Part shown: positions 62,661-64,000 of the stretch, one piece after another | How the letters are laid out: the number at the start of each line of letters is the position of its first letter | How positions within the stretch are numbered: position 1 is the stretch's first letter | Assembly (NCBI GenBank): GCA_032718475.1 | Contig: JAUCBJ010008566.1 | Location: 10,477-74,476 of the forward strand | Direction: 5' to 3' | From: Nemertoderma westbladi | Taxonomy: Eukaryota; Animalia; Xenacoelomorpha | DNA: 64,000 nt | Notes under the pieces: model-generated | Database searches by the model: none | Told to the model about the DNA's origin: nothing | The model's input: only the letters and a program-made list of their open reading frames with translations | Position numbers and translations under genes: made by a program

Positions 62661-63488
62661 AGAATTTCCGTGTGGCCTTCGAGAAGCTAAGATAATAGCA
62701 GTTAATTAGTTAATTAAGTTGATTGCGGTGAAAACGCCATTTTCAACCTGCCTTTTAAAGGAAATTAATTGTTTTACAGTATAAGATTTAAATAATTATA
62801 CTTAAAAATTATACAGATATAATCCCCATACGCCATTCTATTATAGTTTTTAATTAGTTTAAGTGATTTGCTTTAATAAATGTGTCTTTAATTGATCTAA
62901 ACGTAATTAAACCGCACAATTATTGAGTACAAATTTAATCCTTCCCATTATTGGTCAAGTCTCTGCTGGTGTGGAGCTAGCTGCTGGGAGTTGTGGCTGT
63001 AGACTAACCTGAGAGGAATTGTAATAGAGGCAACCAGTATTGCTATTCCAGCCCAATCACTGAATTGTGTTTATTATAGGCTGGACGGGCCGCATAACCG
63101 TTCGACTATTACTACTATTGCTATCTCAGTTAAATGACAGATATAATAACATAAATACAATCCATGGCATGGCTGTTGTAGGCTTCTGAAATAGTTTATT
63201 CCACAATGTATATGTCTGGTTATTTTTTAATTGAATTATTGCAAAGTAGTAAAATTAATGTTCTTAAAAATAATATTATTATTTTATATGTAACCTAGGA
63301 AATTAGCTACATTTTTTCGCTGCAGCTTTAAGAGTGTACATTGATTTAATATTATTTCAATACCCATATTACTACATCGGCATAAGATGCGTTGGCGTTG
63401 TATCACACATCTCCACATATCACACATCTCCACATAGATGTATCAACAGTTACTCGCACAGTTTCGAAACTTCGCATAGTTATAACTG

Positions 63489-63780
63489 TATAAAGATCGT
63501 CAGTCTGCGTTTAGGAAAAATATTTTATGACAAAACAGGACAAGCGACGAGCGCAACGAGGCATATAATGAAGACGAGTACTGCGTTGACTAAATTATTA
63601 TATAAACCACCTGGCTTCACATATTGATCGCATCCCTAGTTATTATTATTATAAAGATCGTCCTAGCTTGCGTTTAAGAAATATATTTAAATACAAAACA
63701 GGACGAACGCAAAGAGGCTTATAATGAAAACGAGTACTGCGTTTATTATATTCCTATAAACCACCTGGCTTTGCATATTT
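63489..63780. repeat. Diverged ~160-bp tandem duplication
   Basis: TATAAAGATCGTC...ACAAAACAGGAC...CGAGTACTGCGTT...TATAAACCACCTGGCTT occurs twice. Confidence 0.85.
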
Positions 63781-64000
63781 AACGTGCGATTGGAAATAAG
63801 TTCGTGCTACCCTTCCGTGGGTGGTAGATGTCGCGGTTATGTATTGGTGGTTGGGAAGGGTGGGGGGGGGGGGGGGGAGATTAAAAGGGGTGAACACGTA
63901 CTGTCCACCTTTCTTTGATTGATTGGTGGTGTGGGTAAATTTCTCAAAACCTGATTTTGTGATACAGTCGCTGCATTTTAATTTGTATATAATAACTAGG

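Overview
Repeat-dense eukaryotic (probably invertebrate) DNA with no clear conserved host gene. Contents: (1) four copies of one BEL/Pao LTR-retrotransposon family with ~1.2-kb LTRs, called A (1-1584, +), D (18014-20249, -), B (20251-27606, +) and C (45770-58358, -; apparently identical LTRs, 5-bp TSD, intact gag-protease ORF, no RT or integrase); (2) three CRE-like RT+RLE non-LTR retrotransposons, two with 13-bp TSDs, the youngest having an otherwise intact ~1602-aa ORF split by copy C; (3) RTE-type LINE fragments and a decayed APE LINE with a Ulp1-like protease upstream; (4) TTAA-flanked piggyBac-like non-autonomous elements; (5) 29-bp (2 kb) and 38-bp (8 kb) satellites; (6) an orphan 642-aa ORF with 15-aa repeats. 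Main observation: the BEL/Pao copies have no tRNA primer-binding site. The 11-12 nt directly after the 5' LTR are perfectly complementary to a site inside their own LTR, with 4 compensatory changes between copies B and C. This is the signature of Tf1-like self-primed reverse transcription, which I do not know of in BEL/Pao. All calls were made by eye; no database searches were run.
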